DNA of 64,000 nt, taken from NCBI RefSeq assembly GCF_009914755.1, contig NC_060926.1; one strand, written 5' to 3'. Every line of letters begins with the position of its first letter. The stretch's first letter is position 1. Positions 36,858 to 58,692 of the stretch are shown here, piece by piece. The stretch is from the human T2T-CHM13v2.0 reference genome, Homo sapiens. The position numbers and the translations under genes are program-made. The notes under the pieces were generated by a model. The model ran no database searches and was not told the origin of the DNA. It saw only the letters and a list, made by a program, of their open reading frames with translations.

Positions 36858-37666
36858 TATGTTAATCTGTTTGCACTGCTATAAAGGAATACCTGAGGCT
36901 GGGTAATTTATAAAGGAAAGAGGTTTAATTGGCTCACAGTTCTGCAGGCTATATGGAAAACACTGCACCAGCATCTGCTCCTGGTGAGGCCTCGGGAAGC
37001 TTACAATCATGGCAGAAGGCAAAGGGGGAGCAGGTGTGTCAAAAGGAGAGGGGCAGGAGAGAGAGAGAAGGAGAGAGAGAGAAAAAGAGAGCACAAAAGA
37101 GAGAAGGGAGAGGCCCCAGGCTCTCTTAACCAACCAAATCTCGTGTGAACTGAGTAAGAACTCACTCATCACCAAGGGGATGGCACTAAGCCAGCAGTCC
37201 CCAAACTTTCTGGCACCAGAGACCAATTTTGTGGGAGACAATTTTTCCATGGACCATGGGGGATGGTTTTGGGATGAAACTGTTCCACCTCGGATCATCA
37301 TCAGGCATTGGTTAGATTCCCATAAGGAGTACTTGACCCAGATGCCTCGCATGCACAGTTCACAATAGGGGGTCACACTCCTATGAGAGTCTAATGCCAC
37401 CACTGATCTGACAGGAGGCCAAGCTCAGGCAGTAATGTGCACTTGCCTGCCGCTCACCTCGTCCTGTGTGGTCCAGTTCCTAACAGGCCACAAATTGGTA
37501 CCAAATTGGTACTAATCTGTGGCCCGTGGGTTGGGGACCTATGCACTCAGCCATTCAAGAGGGATCTGCCCCCCGACCCAAACACTTCCCACTAGGCCCA
37601 CCTCCAACGTTGGAGGTCACATTTCAATATGAGATTCGAAGGGGACAAAACACCCAAATCATATCA
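36858..37666 (-). mobile_element. MaLR LTR (MSTB-like) inserted in Tigger1
   Basis: ctataaaggaatacctgaggctgggtaatttataaaggaaagaggtttaattggctcacagttctgcagg...aaatcatatca; Tigger1 sequence resumes after it. Confidence 0.85.
37192..37543. mobile_element. MER1B-like hAT element inside the MSTB LTR
   Basis: Ends cagcagtccccaa / ttggggacctatg; 8-bp TSD cactaagc / cactcagc. Confidence 0.85.
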
Positions 37667-37865
37667 GTGGGCTTCAGATATTCAGTAAATCATGCTATAA
37701 ACAGATGTGCTGTCATGCAGGCTTTGTTGTTCCATTTATAAAGCACAGGCAGAATACATTTACCATAGTTCTTAAGGGCCCTAGGATTTTCAGAATGGTC
37801 AGTGAGTACTGGCTTCAACTTGAAGTCACCAGGCATGTTAGCCCCTATATCAAGAGGAGCTTTGA

Positions 37866-38291
<426 letters not shown>

Positions 38292-39812
38292 ATCTACATT
38301 GTTTTAAAGTCAGTTGTGTAGTGTGGCAACCTTCATCAACGAGCTCTGCTGGACCTTCTGGATATTATAACTCACTGCAGCTTCTCCATCAGTACTTGCT
38401 GCTTCACCTTGTACTTTTATGTTATGGAGATGGCTGCTTTCCCTAAACCTGATTAACCAACATCTGCTAGCTTCAAACTTTTCTTCTGCAGCTTCCTCAT
38501 ATCTCTCAACCTTCACAGAATTTAAGAAAGTGAGAGTCTTGCATGGATTAGGCTTTGGCTAAAAGAGATGTTGTGGCTTGTTTGGTCTTCTATACAGACC
38601 ACAAAAACTTTCTCCATAGAAGCAATAAGTCTGTTTTGCTTTCTTATCATTCATGTGTTCACTGGAGTAGCAATTTTAATTTCTTTCAAGAACTTTACCT
38701 TTGCATTCACAACTTTAACTGTTTGGCCCAAGAGGCCTAGCTTTCAGCCTATCTCAATTTTTGATATGCCTTTCTCATTAAGCTTAATCATTTTTAGCTT
38801 TTGATATAAAGTGAAAGACATACGACATTTTCTTTTACTTCAGCACTAGAGGCCATTGTAGAGTTATTAATTAGCCTAATTTCAGTATTTTTGTGTCTCA
38901 GGAAATAGGGATGCCCAACAAGAAGGTGGCCCAGTGGGTGGAGCAGTCAGAATACATACAACATTTATCAATTAAGTTCATCGTCTTACATGGTTCATAG
39001 CACCCCAAAACAATTACAACAGTAACAACTAAGATCACTGATAACAGATCACCATTAACAGACATAATAATAATGAAAAAGTCTGAACTACTGAAAATAT
39101 TACCAAAATATGACAGAGACACAAAGTGAACACATTCCAACGCTGTTGGAAAAATAGTGCTAACAGATTTGCTCAGTTCTGGGTTACCATAAACCTTCAA
39201 TTTGAAAAACATGCAGTATCTTCAAAGTACAATAACGTGAAACACAATAGAAGGAGGTACACCTGTAGTTAAATGTATTCTAACACCATATAGAGCTTCA
39301 AAACCTTAAAATCTCATTCAACTATTCTTAACAGCAATATTGACATTATTTAGAAATGGTGTGCGTGTACGTATATTAGATAAACAGACAAACAATTATG
39401 GGAACATTGTTAGAAATCAAGATTTTCAGTATAAGAGAAGAAATATAAAATCAAAGTTAAGTTATAACTATGTAGTTTTACAGTTGAATTGGAAAAGTCA
39501 GTATGAACTCATTATTTATTTTTCTTTATCATCACACACACTTTTTAGGTTCACACTTACTTGAAAAGCCTTAGAGGCAATGACAACCCAGTAACAATGA
39601 GCACCCCTACAGCCTAAACTGTGGTCCCTAAATACCATTAAATACGCATCATATATCAGTTAAATAATCATTAAAAAAGGAGCCATGGCTATTTGAGGAA
39701 TGACCAATTCCAAATAAAAGGTAGGAAAGGTACAAGATGAGCATTTCACAGCTTGTTGGCCAGAAAGCCAGGAAGCACTTGAGACAAATGTTACAGTTTA
39801 GTCATAGAAGTC

Positions 39813-40103
39813 GGCTGGGCTCAGTGGCTACACCTGTAATCCCAGCACTTTGGGAGGCCAAGGCGGGCAGATCACCTGAGGTCAGGAGTTTGAGACCAGC
39901 CTGGCCAACAGGGTGAAATCCCATCTCTACTAAAAATACAAAAAATTAGCCAGGCGTGGTGGCACGCACCTGTAGTCCTAGCTACTGGGGAGGCTGAGAC
40001 ACAAGAATTGCTTGAACCTGGGAGGTTCAGTGAGCCAAGATTGCGCCACTGCACTCCAGCCTAGGCGACAGAGTGAGACTCCATCTCAAAAAAAAAAAAA
40101 AAA
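39813..40103 (+). mobile_element. Alu (AluS)
   Basis: TSD gtcatagaagtc. Confidence 0.9.
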
Positions 40104-40126
40104 TGTCATAGAAGTCACAGGAAGGG

Positions 40127-40495
40127 TGATCTAGTTAGACTTTGTGTCCCCACTCAAATCTCATCTTGAATTGTAATTCCCACAATTCCCACGTGTCAAG
40201 GGAGAGACCAGGTGGAGGTAATTGAATCATGAGGGCAGTTTCCCACATGCTGTTCTCATGATGGTGAGTTCTCACAAAATGGTCTTATAAGGGGCTCTTT
40301 CCTCTTTGCTCAGCACTTCTCCTTCCTGCTGCCTTGTGAAGAAAGTGCCTTGCTTCTCCTTTGCACCTTCTGCCATGATTGTAAGTTTCCTGAGGCCTCC
40401 CCAGCCATGCTGAGCTGTGAGTCAATTAAACCTCTTTCCTTTATAAATTGTCCAGTCTCAGGCAGTTCTTTATAGCAGTATAAAACGGACTACAA
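40127..40495 (+). mobile_element. THE1 (THE1D-like) MaLR solo LTR
   Basis: tgtgtccccactcaaatctcatcttgaattgtaa...gtgagtcaattaaacctctttcctttataaatt. Confidence 0.85.
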
Positions 40496-41536
40496 ATGGG
40501 CTCTAATGGGCAGAAGATGGTTCAATCTACATACCAAAAAAATCCTGCAATTAATTGAAACACAGTGAATATATTTTTAAACTCCTGGCTTGTAGTGTTC
40601 ACTGTATAATTCTTTCAACGTTTCTGTATGTTTGAAAATTTTCATAATGAAATGCTAAGAGCAGGGATTCTTAACTTTAAAATGATACTAAAAAGGGGAG
40701 AAGGGAGAGAGAAAAAGAAAAGGAAGCTAAAACAGAAAAATAATAATTCACTTGTCATCACTGCAGATGACCAGGGCACCAACTCCTTACATTAACAGTA
40801 GGCAACTACAGAGCAAAAGGAGGCATTTTACCCCATGTTTTCTAAATATATTATGTCTCAGGGTGACCAAATAGCACTAGTTGAAGAGACAAAGTTCTTC
40901 TTTACAGATAACTCAAGCAGACAGTTGTAAAAGGAATGATCAAATTAGAAAACCACCATTTCATGATCCATAGAGAAAAAGTGAATTCAGGCAATGATCA
41001 TAACGGAAAAAAACCTTTGACGAAAGCTTGATGGGGGAGAATGCAATGGAAGCTGTCACCTGAACTCATGAACTAATCTTAGCATCAATAGGAGTGAGAC
41101 ATCCAGATGATACGTGCCTCCTGAGAGAACGCAAAATAAAATACATGGCGCAGCCTATAGAGTATTCTTCCTAAAAACAGCTGCACCTACATTCAATTAA
41201 ACCTTTATTAGTAACTTCCAGTTTCCAGGAAACATGAAGAAAAGTGCACAAAGTTAAATGATGCCCTGAGGGAGAAAACAGACTGTGCAGCCAGCAGGAT
41301 ATTCCACATAAAAATTGGCCCAACTTCTTCAACAGGTCAGTGGCATGAAAAGAGGGATGGGGAGGAAGAGGGCTGAAACTGTGAAACTGCCTTTGCAAAA
41401 ATTATAACTGAGAAATTATGAAAGAGATCTGCTCTAACCAATCCTTATCTTGCCTTTAACCTTCAAACTGCCCTTAGTCATTCCTGGGCTTGGGCCAACC
41501 TAACTTTGGAAGACATTTAGGTGATAGTATAAATGA

Positions 41537-42447
<911 letters not shown>

Positions 42448-44084
42448 AATGATAATAGCCCTTCCCTAAAACTAAAGCACCCTTGGAAAATGAAAGACCA
42501 CCAGGTTAGGAGGATGAGGGGAGCCTGAATTCTGCTAAGGTGTAGACTTAAACAATTACCAGCCTTTATTCCTGGAAGTCACAAGATTGGCAACTTCTCC
42601 AATTACTCCTGCAGATAACAACACTCTTACAGAACCTAAAATTGGCCTTTTGAGATGTCTGTTCAGATTTTTGCATTTCTGATCACAGATGGCTCCACCC
42701 GGACCCACCAACTGGCCCAGTCATCCCCCGCAGAAGTGGGCTCAGCACACACAAAGACCATTTCCCACACTGCTAAGATTGTATCCCCAACCAACGAGCA
42801 GCTTCCATTCCCTGGCCCACCACACTATCCTTGAAAAACCCTAGCCTCCGAATTTTCAGGGAGACTGATTTGAGTAACACAACTCCAGTCTTCCGTTCAG
42901 ACAGCTCTGTACATATTAAACTCTTTATTGCAATTCCCATCTTGAGAAATCGGTTCTAAATGGGCAGTGGGCAAAATGAACACATTGGACAGTCACAGTT
43001 TTCTTGACTCAAAGAGACTTTAGAAACACAACCAAATGGGTGTGCAGTTCTAGTTAGCTATGGATTAAAACCCAGATCTATGAAGATTCCTGAAGCAAGC
43101 AGGAAGCCTAAGAATGGACTGAGTCCAGGGACAACAAGGAATCAAAGTTAACTTTATCGGTTTAGTGAGGGCATTACAGTGATAAGACTGGCCATATTTT
43201 TCAGAGATGTTTCCTAAAATACGTAGGAGAGAAATATTATAATTTCTAGAATTTGCTTTAAAATGCTTTGGGGTAGGGGAAGGGCTTAGAGAGGAAGAAA
43301 TAACTCAAGAAGGGCAAAACTTCAGTCCTCACGCATGTACACAATGAGGTTTCTGCAGGTTTCCTTACACTCTCCTCCCTATTTTGGGACATCTTTGAAA
43401 ATCTTCATAACAAAAAAAAAAAAGGAAAGAAAAGAAAAACCTTTCTTAGCAAAAAAAAAAAAAAAAAAAAAGGAACAAATATGGATAACTAACTCCTACC
43501 TATGAGGAAAATATAATCAGAAGTGAAAATGTGGGGCAAGAAAACGGGCAGAAGTGGTTACTCCCTGAATTTCCTTATTATTTTTTTGATCAGGATCACT
43601 ACCAGCCCCAGGCAATTCAGATATACAAGGCTCTAGCATATGTCACAGAAGTCAGTGAAAGGCAACCCTGAAGTGGGCCCCCGGGGACCTCATGGAATGG
43701 GAGAGACCAGAGTAGGCAGGCAACACACCCACTGGGGTCAGACCAGCAAAACTGGCCAAGAAGGAGAGCTCCAGGCAGCACAAAGTCATGGTGCCTCCGT
43801 GCTCATTCCCAATGTTATTTTTTTATCATTAAGGAATCATTTAATAAAAAGTCATTTGCCAGTCATCTCCTTTTGAAACCCACAGCCCCAGTCAATGTCT
43901 CTTCATCTACTAAAAATGAAAGGGATTAAACTAGACGCCTGCTAAGGTCCTCTCCAGACGGTTTCCTTGTTAATCAAGTCCTGCTCTACGCAGAAGTTAC
44001 CAACTGGTTCTGTAACCTATAAGACACTAGAGAAAAGTCTGATTCCAGGCTTAAAAATTGGTTTTTTGTTTTGGAGGGTTTTAT

Positions 44085-45771
<1,687 letters not shown>

Positions 45772-46453
45772 TATTCTCAATTTTTTAAAACATATGCCAC
45801 ATTTTGATTTATGAAAATATCACAAACTTCTTTAACGATCTTTAACATTTCAAAAGGATGTTTTTTCCATTTTCCAAATCTAAACTATTAAGTAAGCTTT
45901 TTCAAACTACACACATACTCCCTCCCAAGATGTGGCAGTGCCCCTGCCCACCAGGTAAGCTCCTGCTCTGCTGGCACCCCTGCACCCCACAATGCCCAGG
46001 TAAGGTGGTCTCCTGACCCTCCCCTGCTACAACGTGGCACTTTCCTTTCTTTCTGTTTTCCTGCTCCCCATTTCACTCAAGACCATGGGACAGACCTTAC
46101 TGGCTACATAAAAACCTTGCACTTAAGCTACCATAAACAGAGCCAACAAACTACTGGAGCAGCCCAGAGTCCAAACTTGGATCTGCAAAGCAGTGAGTGT
46201 TATTAAAAAGACATCTGTACAAAGGTTTGACAAGTTTTTCATGAAAGGCAACCCTGAAGTGGGCCCCCTGGGACCCTCCCCATGCTCTCGGGAGGACCCC
46301 CACCCTGGCTGCCTCAAAGTAAGGCAATCAGGAAGTCCTCTTCCAGTAACCAGAGGAGACAGTCCACCTCATGCCTCAGTTAATCTACAGGAAAAGGAGT
46401 CCAATTATTGCATAATCAATTCAATTCTTAGAATGATCTAGGCAGATAATTCA

Positions 46454-46850
<397 letters not shown>

Positions 46851-47264
46851 ATAAAATATATGTGTGAATAATGCAGTTGGTAACCTTGGGAATTACCTAC
46901 CAAAAAGAACATGAGACATCGACATCTCACATAGGAACATGATAGGTAACTCTCAGCCTACAACAGCCTGGACTTTCCAAGCACAGGACAGAGTCATGAC
47001 TAAGACCATCAGATACGTAGAAATGGCAATGAAGTCTCCTTGTTCATCCAGAGACCCAGAGGGCTCTGCACGAGATAGGCATCAATGCAGCCAAAAACCG
47101 GCCCTCCTGCAGGCTGGGCACCCTGGCCCTCCCAGCATTCCTGCTCCCCATGACCTGACTAGGAATTAGCTCCTAGGATTTTGCTCTCCTGGTTCCACAC
47201 ACCACGTCCTTGTTTCGACTTATGCCCAATCATTCAGAGATATGATTTCAAACAGAAAGCCGAC

Positions 47265-47655
47265 TTACAATGGAATATCATTCAGCTGTAAAAACGACGG
47301 ACTTTCTGACACCCACTGCAACATGCGGGACACTTGAAGATAGGATGCTGACTGTAATAAGTGGTCACCAAAAGACCAACACTGCTCGAGCCCACTAACA
47401 CGAGGTGCCCGAGTAGGCAAATTCCTAGAGACAGAACCTGGATCCCATCTGGGTTGCCTGGGACTTGGGGAGAGGAGAGTGAGGAGTGAGTCTTTAACAG
47501 GTAGAGTTTCAGTTTGGGAAGATGAAAAAAGTTCTGGAGATGGATGGTGGTGATGGTTGTACCATTCTGCGAATGTACTTCATGCCACCAACCTGTACAC
47601 TTAAAAATGGTTAAGACAGTCAATTTTATGTTATATATATTTTACAACAATACAA
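47265..47655 (+). mobile_element. Old L1 (L1MB-like) 3' end
   Basis: agagtttcagtttgggaagatgaaaaaagttctggagatggatggtggtgatggttg. Confidence 0.75.
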
Positions 47656-48935
47656 ACATTTGTTTTTTAAAGAAATTAAGAAACATCCCTGTTTTTCAAG
47701 TTCTTCCGTTGCACGTTGGTGGTGAGCAGGTCCATGCCTTGCCTGGAATATCCCTGGCCTGGCTCGGCAGAAAGCGCCCAAGGAGTTTCATCTGTAACTG
47801 CATGCCTTACCTTCACTCTCTTTATATGAGGAAGTCTTAACTGCTGAGACTCCCCTCCTTCTCTCCCATACTTCCCCACTTATTCACCCACTCATGGTTT
47901 ACTGAGCATTGATGACACGTCAAGCTCTGTCCTAGGCATCAGAAGGTCACAAGTATGACTCTCAGAGAAATTTTACTTCCATGAAGTAAAAGGCAGACAA
48001 AAATCAAGTCAAAGGAGAGTTGGTGACAAGTGAGTGCCAGGATGGAGGACGCAGGTGACAGGGAGTCAGGGAGGTGACATCTCAGCTCTCATCCAAATCA
48101 CACCACCCACAACCTCCCAAACAACTCACAACCACTCTCTCCTAGGATGTCTCCACCCACTGAAGCTGGTAATCTTTATAAAGCCTTGGGATTCTCTGGT
48201 CCATGTTAAGTTAAAAATAATAGGAATTCATTTCTCCTTCCAAACACAGTCAGCCATAGGTATCTTCTGCCAAATAATAATGTAGTTCACCCATGAAGTT
48301 ATCTACCTATCTCTACTTAGAAAAAAAGGAAAAAAACTTAACCTCAAAGGCCCTCCTATGTCTCCCCATCCTGCTGTGCAAGCAGCCAAACTCAAGTGAA
48401 GATATAAATCATTCGTGCAGGCCATTCTTCCTGTTCCCACCTTGTCCTGGGGCTGCCCAGGCCCTTCCTACACTTCTTGTTTGGGCTTTATCTGAGACTT
48501 GAAACCCTGGGCAGGGGCCTTTGCTCAATGCTCAAGACACAATAAAATATTAACTACGGTGAGTCAATAACACAGTGCAAGATGCCCAAGGCACTCCCAG
48601 AAGAGGCCTAAGGATCTAAATTGATACCCTGGGTCCATGACAGAAATACACTCAACAATTCTCTCTTCCTTAACCCAAGAAAAGTGCACTGAAAGAACAA
48701 ATTCTTACTCAAGGGATGTTCTGTGGGCAAGAAGGCAGCAGAAAGTGATGCATCTACAGACCTGGCCCGGGTCAGGCCTGAGGCAGAAATTGCGCCCAGT
48801 GGGAACTAAAGGAAGCTGATCTCGGCTCAACAGAAAGAGGGTCTAGGAGTTAACCTGCTCAGGACTCCTGCACTGCTGGAAGGGGAGGACCCAGGGAAGC
48901 TGGCACAAACGTCATGGCAGGCAATTTGGCAATAA

Positions 48936-50853
<1,918 letters not shown>

Positions 50854-51479
50854 ACTTGACAACAAAATTAGTAGATAAGTTAAAAGCAGCAAGGTATAGA
50901 ATATACTGCTGCAAACCAAATTATTAACTCAAAAGAGTTATGAGCTGAATGGAGAACACAGATGAAAAAGATAACAAAAAACAGAAATGAAAAGCAGATA
51001 ACAGCTATCCAACATAAAGTATCCTTGAAGTGGAAAAGTTAAATGAAATGTAAAATGCATCAAAAAATATAATACATACACAGAATGATGCAAGAAAATT
51101 TCCTAAAGTGATTAAAGAAACCAATCTGCAGACTGCAACAGTATACTATGTTCCAAAACATGTAACACACTATGCTCACAGTAGTTACAGATGCTAATCA
51201 AGTTACTAAACTTCAATGATAAAGACAGAGTTGTGTGCACAAAAAAAACTCATCATATGCAAAGCAAAAAAAAAAAACAATCGGTGCTGCCTGAGATTTC
51301 TCCTATTGGCCTATCAAATACAGGAAGGCCCTAGAACAACAGCCACCAACCTCTAGACAAGGATGTCCAATCTTTTGGCTTCCCTAGGCCACATTGGAAG
51401 AAGAAGAGTTATTTTGGGCCACACATAAAATACACTAACATTAACAATAGCTGATAAGCTTAAAAAAATCGCAAAAAAA

Positions 51480-53895
<2,416 letters not shown>

Positions 53896-54346
53896 TTTAA
53901 TTTTTTTTTATTTAAATCTTGCTAGAGAACATGTAGAGGTGATTTTGAAAGTTTAAGTTAACTAATAAGGTGCTATGAGAAGATAGAAAACTAAAAAACC
54001 ACCACGTATATATGCAGAAAGAAGATTAGCTGTGGATAAAGGGTTGCAGGTGATTATTTTTTCCTTCTTTCTTATCCACTTTTTCATTTCTGGAAGACGA
54101 GCATTTATTACTCGTGTTTAAAAAAAAAAAAGATGTTTTGGTTTTGTTTTTTAATAAAAGGGTCTTCTCAAGAAGTGGTGACTCCTGGCCCAAGAGGAAC
54201 CTGAGTGGTTAGACAGAGCACCAGGTAATGCCTGTGATAGGAACAGAAACCCCAGAAGGAGAAGATGAGCAGGTGGTTTCCACCTTCTCTTAGCCCCCAG
54301 CTGTCCAGTGACTCATTCTCTCAGTGCAAAGGTGGAACATGGGGTC

Positions 54347-54447
54347 AAGACTGCCCTAGGTCAGACACAGCTCTCAGAATCTGCCCACATGATCACAATA
54401 GGAGAAGACTGCCCTGAGTCAGACACAGCCCTCAGAAACTGCCCACA
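54347..54447. repeat. Two-copy direct repeat, period 58 bp
   Basis: aagactgccctaggtcagacacagctctcagaatctgcccaca vs aagactgccctgagtcagacacagccctcagaaactgcccaca. Confidence 0.85.
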
Positions 54448-54621
54448 CCATTATGTGTATGCATCCAGGAGCACATTGGTAAGTCAGAAACAAGATTAAG
54501 AAGAAAATGGCTCGATTCGTTATCGACAATATACGAGCACCATGAAACACACCAATGAAAGCCTGGCATGCCCAAGCTATGCTGCCCAAGATTACAGCCT
54601 TTATGTGCTTTCGATGGTTTT

Positions 54622-54781
54622 AAAAAAAAAAAAAAAAAAAGATGGGAGGGGAAAGCAAGGGTTGAGAGGGAGGGGCAGAAAGGAGAGGAGAGGAGAAGAA
54701 GGGGAGAGGAAGGAAGAGGAGGGCAGGGGAGAGGAGGGAAGGAGAGGGAAGGGGAAGGAAGGGGAGTGGAGGGGAGGGGAG
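54622..54781. repeat. Poly(A) run followed by a GA-rich low-complexity tract
   Basis: A19 then (GGAGA/GGGAA)-like purine run. Confidence 0.9.
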
Positions 54782-54905
54782 TTAAGTTCCTGAAAGCAGA
54801 TGAGGGAGTTATCCAAAGGGGTTACCTTCAAGCTTCACCAACATGCAGATACTCAGCATGCTTACACCTTAAGGTTTGGAACATTCCAACTGGAACAAAA
54901 CTCAC

Positions 54906-55061
54906 CAGTGGCTATGGCCCAGTAAACGTCTGATCCATTCAGTAACTCACCACATGCTATGGGAGAATAAACCTGGGAGCCGGGAACTTGAAGCAGAATT
55001 CGAAATGGAGCGACCCGTGCATTGGAATCCAACACTGCATCCAGAGCGCCGACCAGGCGAC
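54906..55061 (-). CDS. TBC1D8: TBC1D8 coding exon (probable exon 2): 156 nt with distal donor, 111 nt (54951-55061) with proximal donor
   Basis: Acceptor ttgaag|GT; [36 protein letters not shown]; two G|gtgagt donors 45 nt apart, both phase 1 and compatible with the next exon. Confidence 0.95.
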
Positions 55062-55364
55062 CTTCAAAAGAAAAGAGAAGAAAGTGCACCTGTGAGCATG
55101 GGGCTGGCCAGCTCCTCATGCGTGTGAGGCATGTGGTCGCTGTCTGGACTCCATGCTGGGGTAGCAGAGACAGTTTTACATCCAGTTCTTCAACTCACCT
55201 CACAAAGCCTGAGCTCCATGGAGCCAAGGGCTCTGTCTGCATCTGCAGCAGGACCTGCCCCTGACAGGCACTCAGTACTCATTTGCTCAATCAATGAAGA
55301 GGTGAACAAAGGGTGCTGAACCAGTCGCCCAGCCTAGCTAAGGCACTAAGTCCCAGTACATAAA

Positions 55365-55570
55365 TAAGCAGGGGCTCTGGACTCAAGACTGCCTGATGCA
55401 AACCCTGGCTCCACCACTTTCAATCTGTGGGGCCTTAGGCAAATCACTTAACTTGTCTGTGCCCTGGATTCCTTGTTGGTGAAATAAAATAAGCACAGTC
55501 TACCTACTTCATAGGGTAATTGGGATAATTAAATGAGTTAAAGTATCCAATATTCAAAGTGCTTAAACTA
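55365..55570 (+). mobile_element. MIR SINE
   Basis: ccttaggcaaatcacttaacttgtctgtgcc...aattaaatgagttaa core. Confidence 0.75.
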
Positions 55571-55627
55571 TTGCAAGCCCATAAAAAGTACTCTATGTCA
55601 CCCATTATTATTATTTTGTCATCATTA

Positions 55628-56431
<804 letters not shown>

Positions 56432-56619
56432 GGCATCCTGATCCTTGATTGCCTGGGAATCTAGATGGCTAAGATGGCTGAGAAGATTAGGTCTTCAATT
56501 TACTTCACATATTACCCTTAACTAATAGGCCCTGAATAAGGGCCACAGCTGCCTGAGCAATTACTATGTCTATTTTTATACAGTTTAACCACCTCAAGTG
56601 TAAAGAAAAACTGAATCAC

Positions 56620-58245
56620 TGGGGGCAAGTTACTTACATAACACCCCGTCATATATTTAGTACAAACACAGTATCCTCCTATATAACCACAGTACAACCA
56701 TCAAATTCAGAACATTAATATTGATATGGCCCTGCCATCTAATCATAAGACCCATTCAAATATTGCCAAATGTCCCAATAATGTCCTTTTGCTACAATGG
56801 ATCCAGTTCAGAATCACATTCAGTTGTCAAGTCTCTTTGGACTACGTGGGTCTGGAGAAGTCTTTCACTGACTTTCATGACCTTGACACTTTTGAAGCTT
56901 TATAGGCCAGTTTTTCTTGTAGCATGTCCCAAAGTCTGGGTTTGTCTGAGGCCTGGTCATGATTAGATTCAGGTTATATATTTTCGGCAAGAATCACAGA
57001 AGTGATGCTGTGTTCTTTTCACCACATCCTATCAGGTGGCAGATGACCTCTACTTGTCCCATTCTTGGTAACGTTCGCTTTCATCACTTGACTCAAATTG
57101 GGGCTGCCAGGCTCCTGCACTATAAAATTATTCCTTTTTCTTTGAAATTAACGAGTATTCTGTGGAGAAGTATTCTGAAGCCATGCAAATTTCCTGTTCC
57201 TCACCAAATATTTCATTATTCTCTTACTTATATCAGTATGGCCTCATGTTTTTCTCCTTTTTTCAAAGGGTTATAATCTATTACTATCATATATTTTGAT
57301 GCTCTGATTGTCCCAGGTTTGGCCAGTGGGAACCCCTTCAAGCAGGCTTTTGTGTCCTTCGGATGTGTCCTCATCGTTCTTCATATTTTCTGGGACAACA
57401 AAATATTCCAACTTCATCTTGTACTTTCACTACTCTGGCCCTGGAACCAGCCACCATTTCTTCAAGAAACTCTGGTTTCTTTAGTGACTAATGGTATTTA
57501 AAAGCCAGTACGGGGAAGCCAGGTGTGCTCATTGCTAATGGGGTGCCTCCAGGTCCCCTCAGTGTACAGAGCCAGGAAATATATGTCTGTACATGTGTAT
57601 GTGTGTACAGCTGACCCTTGAACAACACGGGTTTGAACTGTATGGGTCCACCAACACGTGGAGTCTCTTCTGCCTCTGCACCCTGAGACAGCAAGGCCAA
57701 CCCCTCCTCCTCTTCAGACTACTCAACATGAAGATGATGATGAGGATGAAGACCTTTACGATGATCCCTTCCACTTAATGAATAGTAAATATATTTTCTC
57801 TTCATTATAATTTTCTTAACCTTTTCTCTACTTTCTTTATTGTAAGAACACAGTATATAATACACATAGCACACAAAAATGTGTTAACCAACTGTTTTAT
57901 CAGTAAGGCTTCTAGTTAACAGTAGGTTATTAGTAGTTACATTTTTAGGGATCAAAAGTTATATGTGAGGACTTTTGACTGCACGGGGGTTGGCAACCCT
58001 AGCCCCAGCACTGTTCCAAGGCCAACTGCATACGCATTTACATACTTACATACATACTTACATACACACACACATATACATGTATTTGTTGACACATTTA
58101 CATGTATTTGCATTTTCATATATATCTACATAGAGAAAAGCGAGTTCACACCAAAACCTCCAACTGCAATCCAATACCACAGAGTTCTCATTTCTTTCCA
58201 TATTTGTAACTCCTTTTCCAACACCAAGTAAACTGGCTTCCATTA
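56620..58245 (-). mobile_element. Old L1 (L1MC/ME-like) fragments surrounding the Tigger2a
   Basis: catgaccttgacacttttgaag...catgattagattcaggtta...ttttcggcaagaat; highly diverged, ends uncertain. Confidence 0.5.
57608..58028. mobile_element. Tigger2a/MER28-like non-autonomous DNA transposon
   Basis: TA|CAGCTGACCCTTGAACAAC...TGTTCCAAGGCCAACTG inverted termini. Confidence 0.82.
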
Positions 58246-58250
58246 TTCTC

Positions 58251-58692
<442 letters not shown>

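Noticed and set aside
36879-37403. 174-aa ORF
   Set aside because: Lies within MSTB LTR, GA repeat and MER1B
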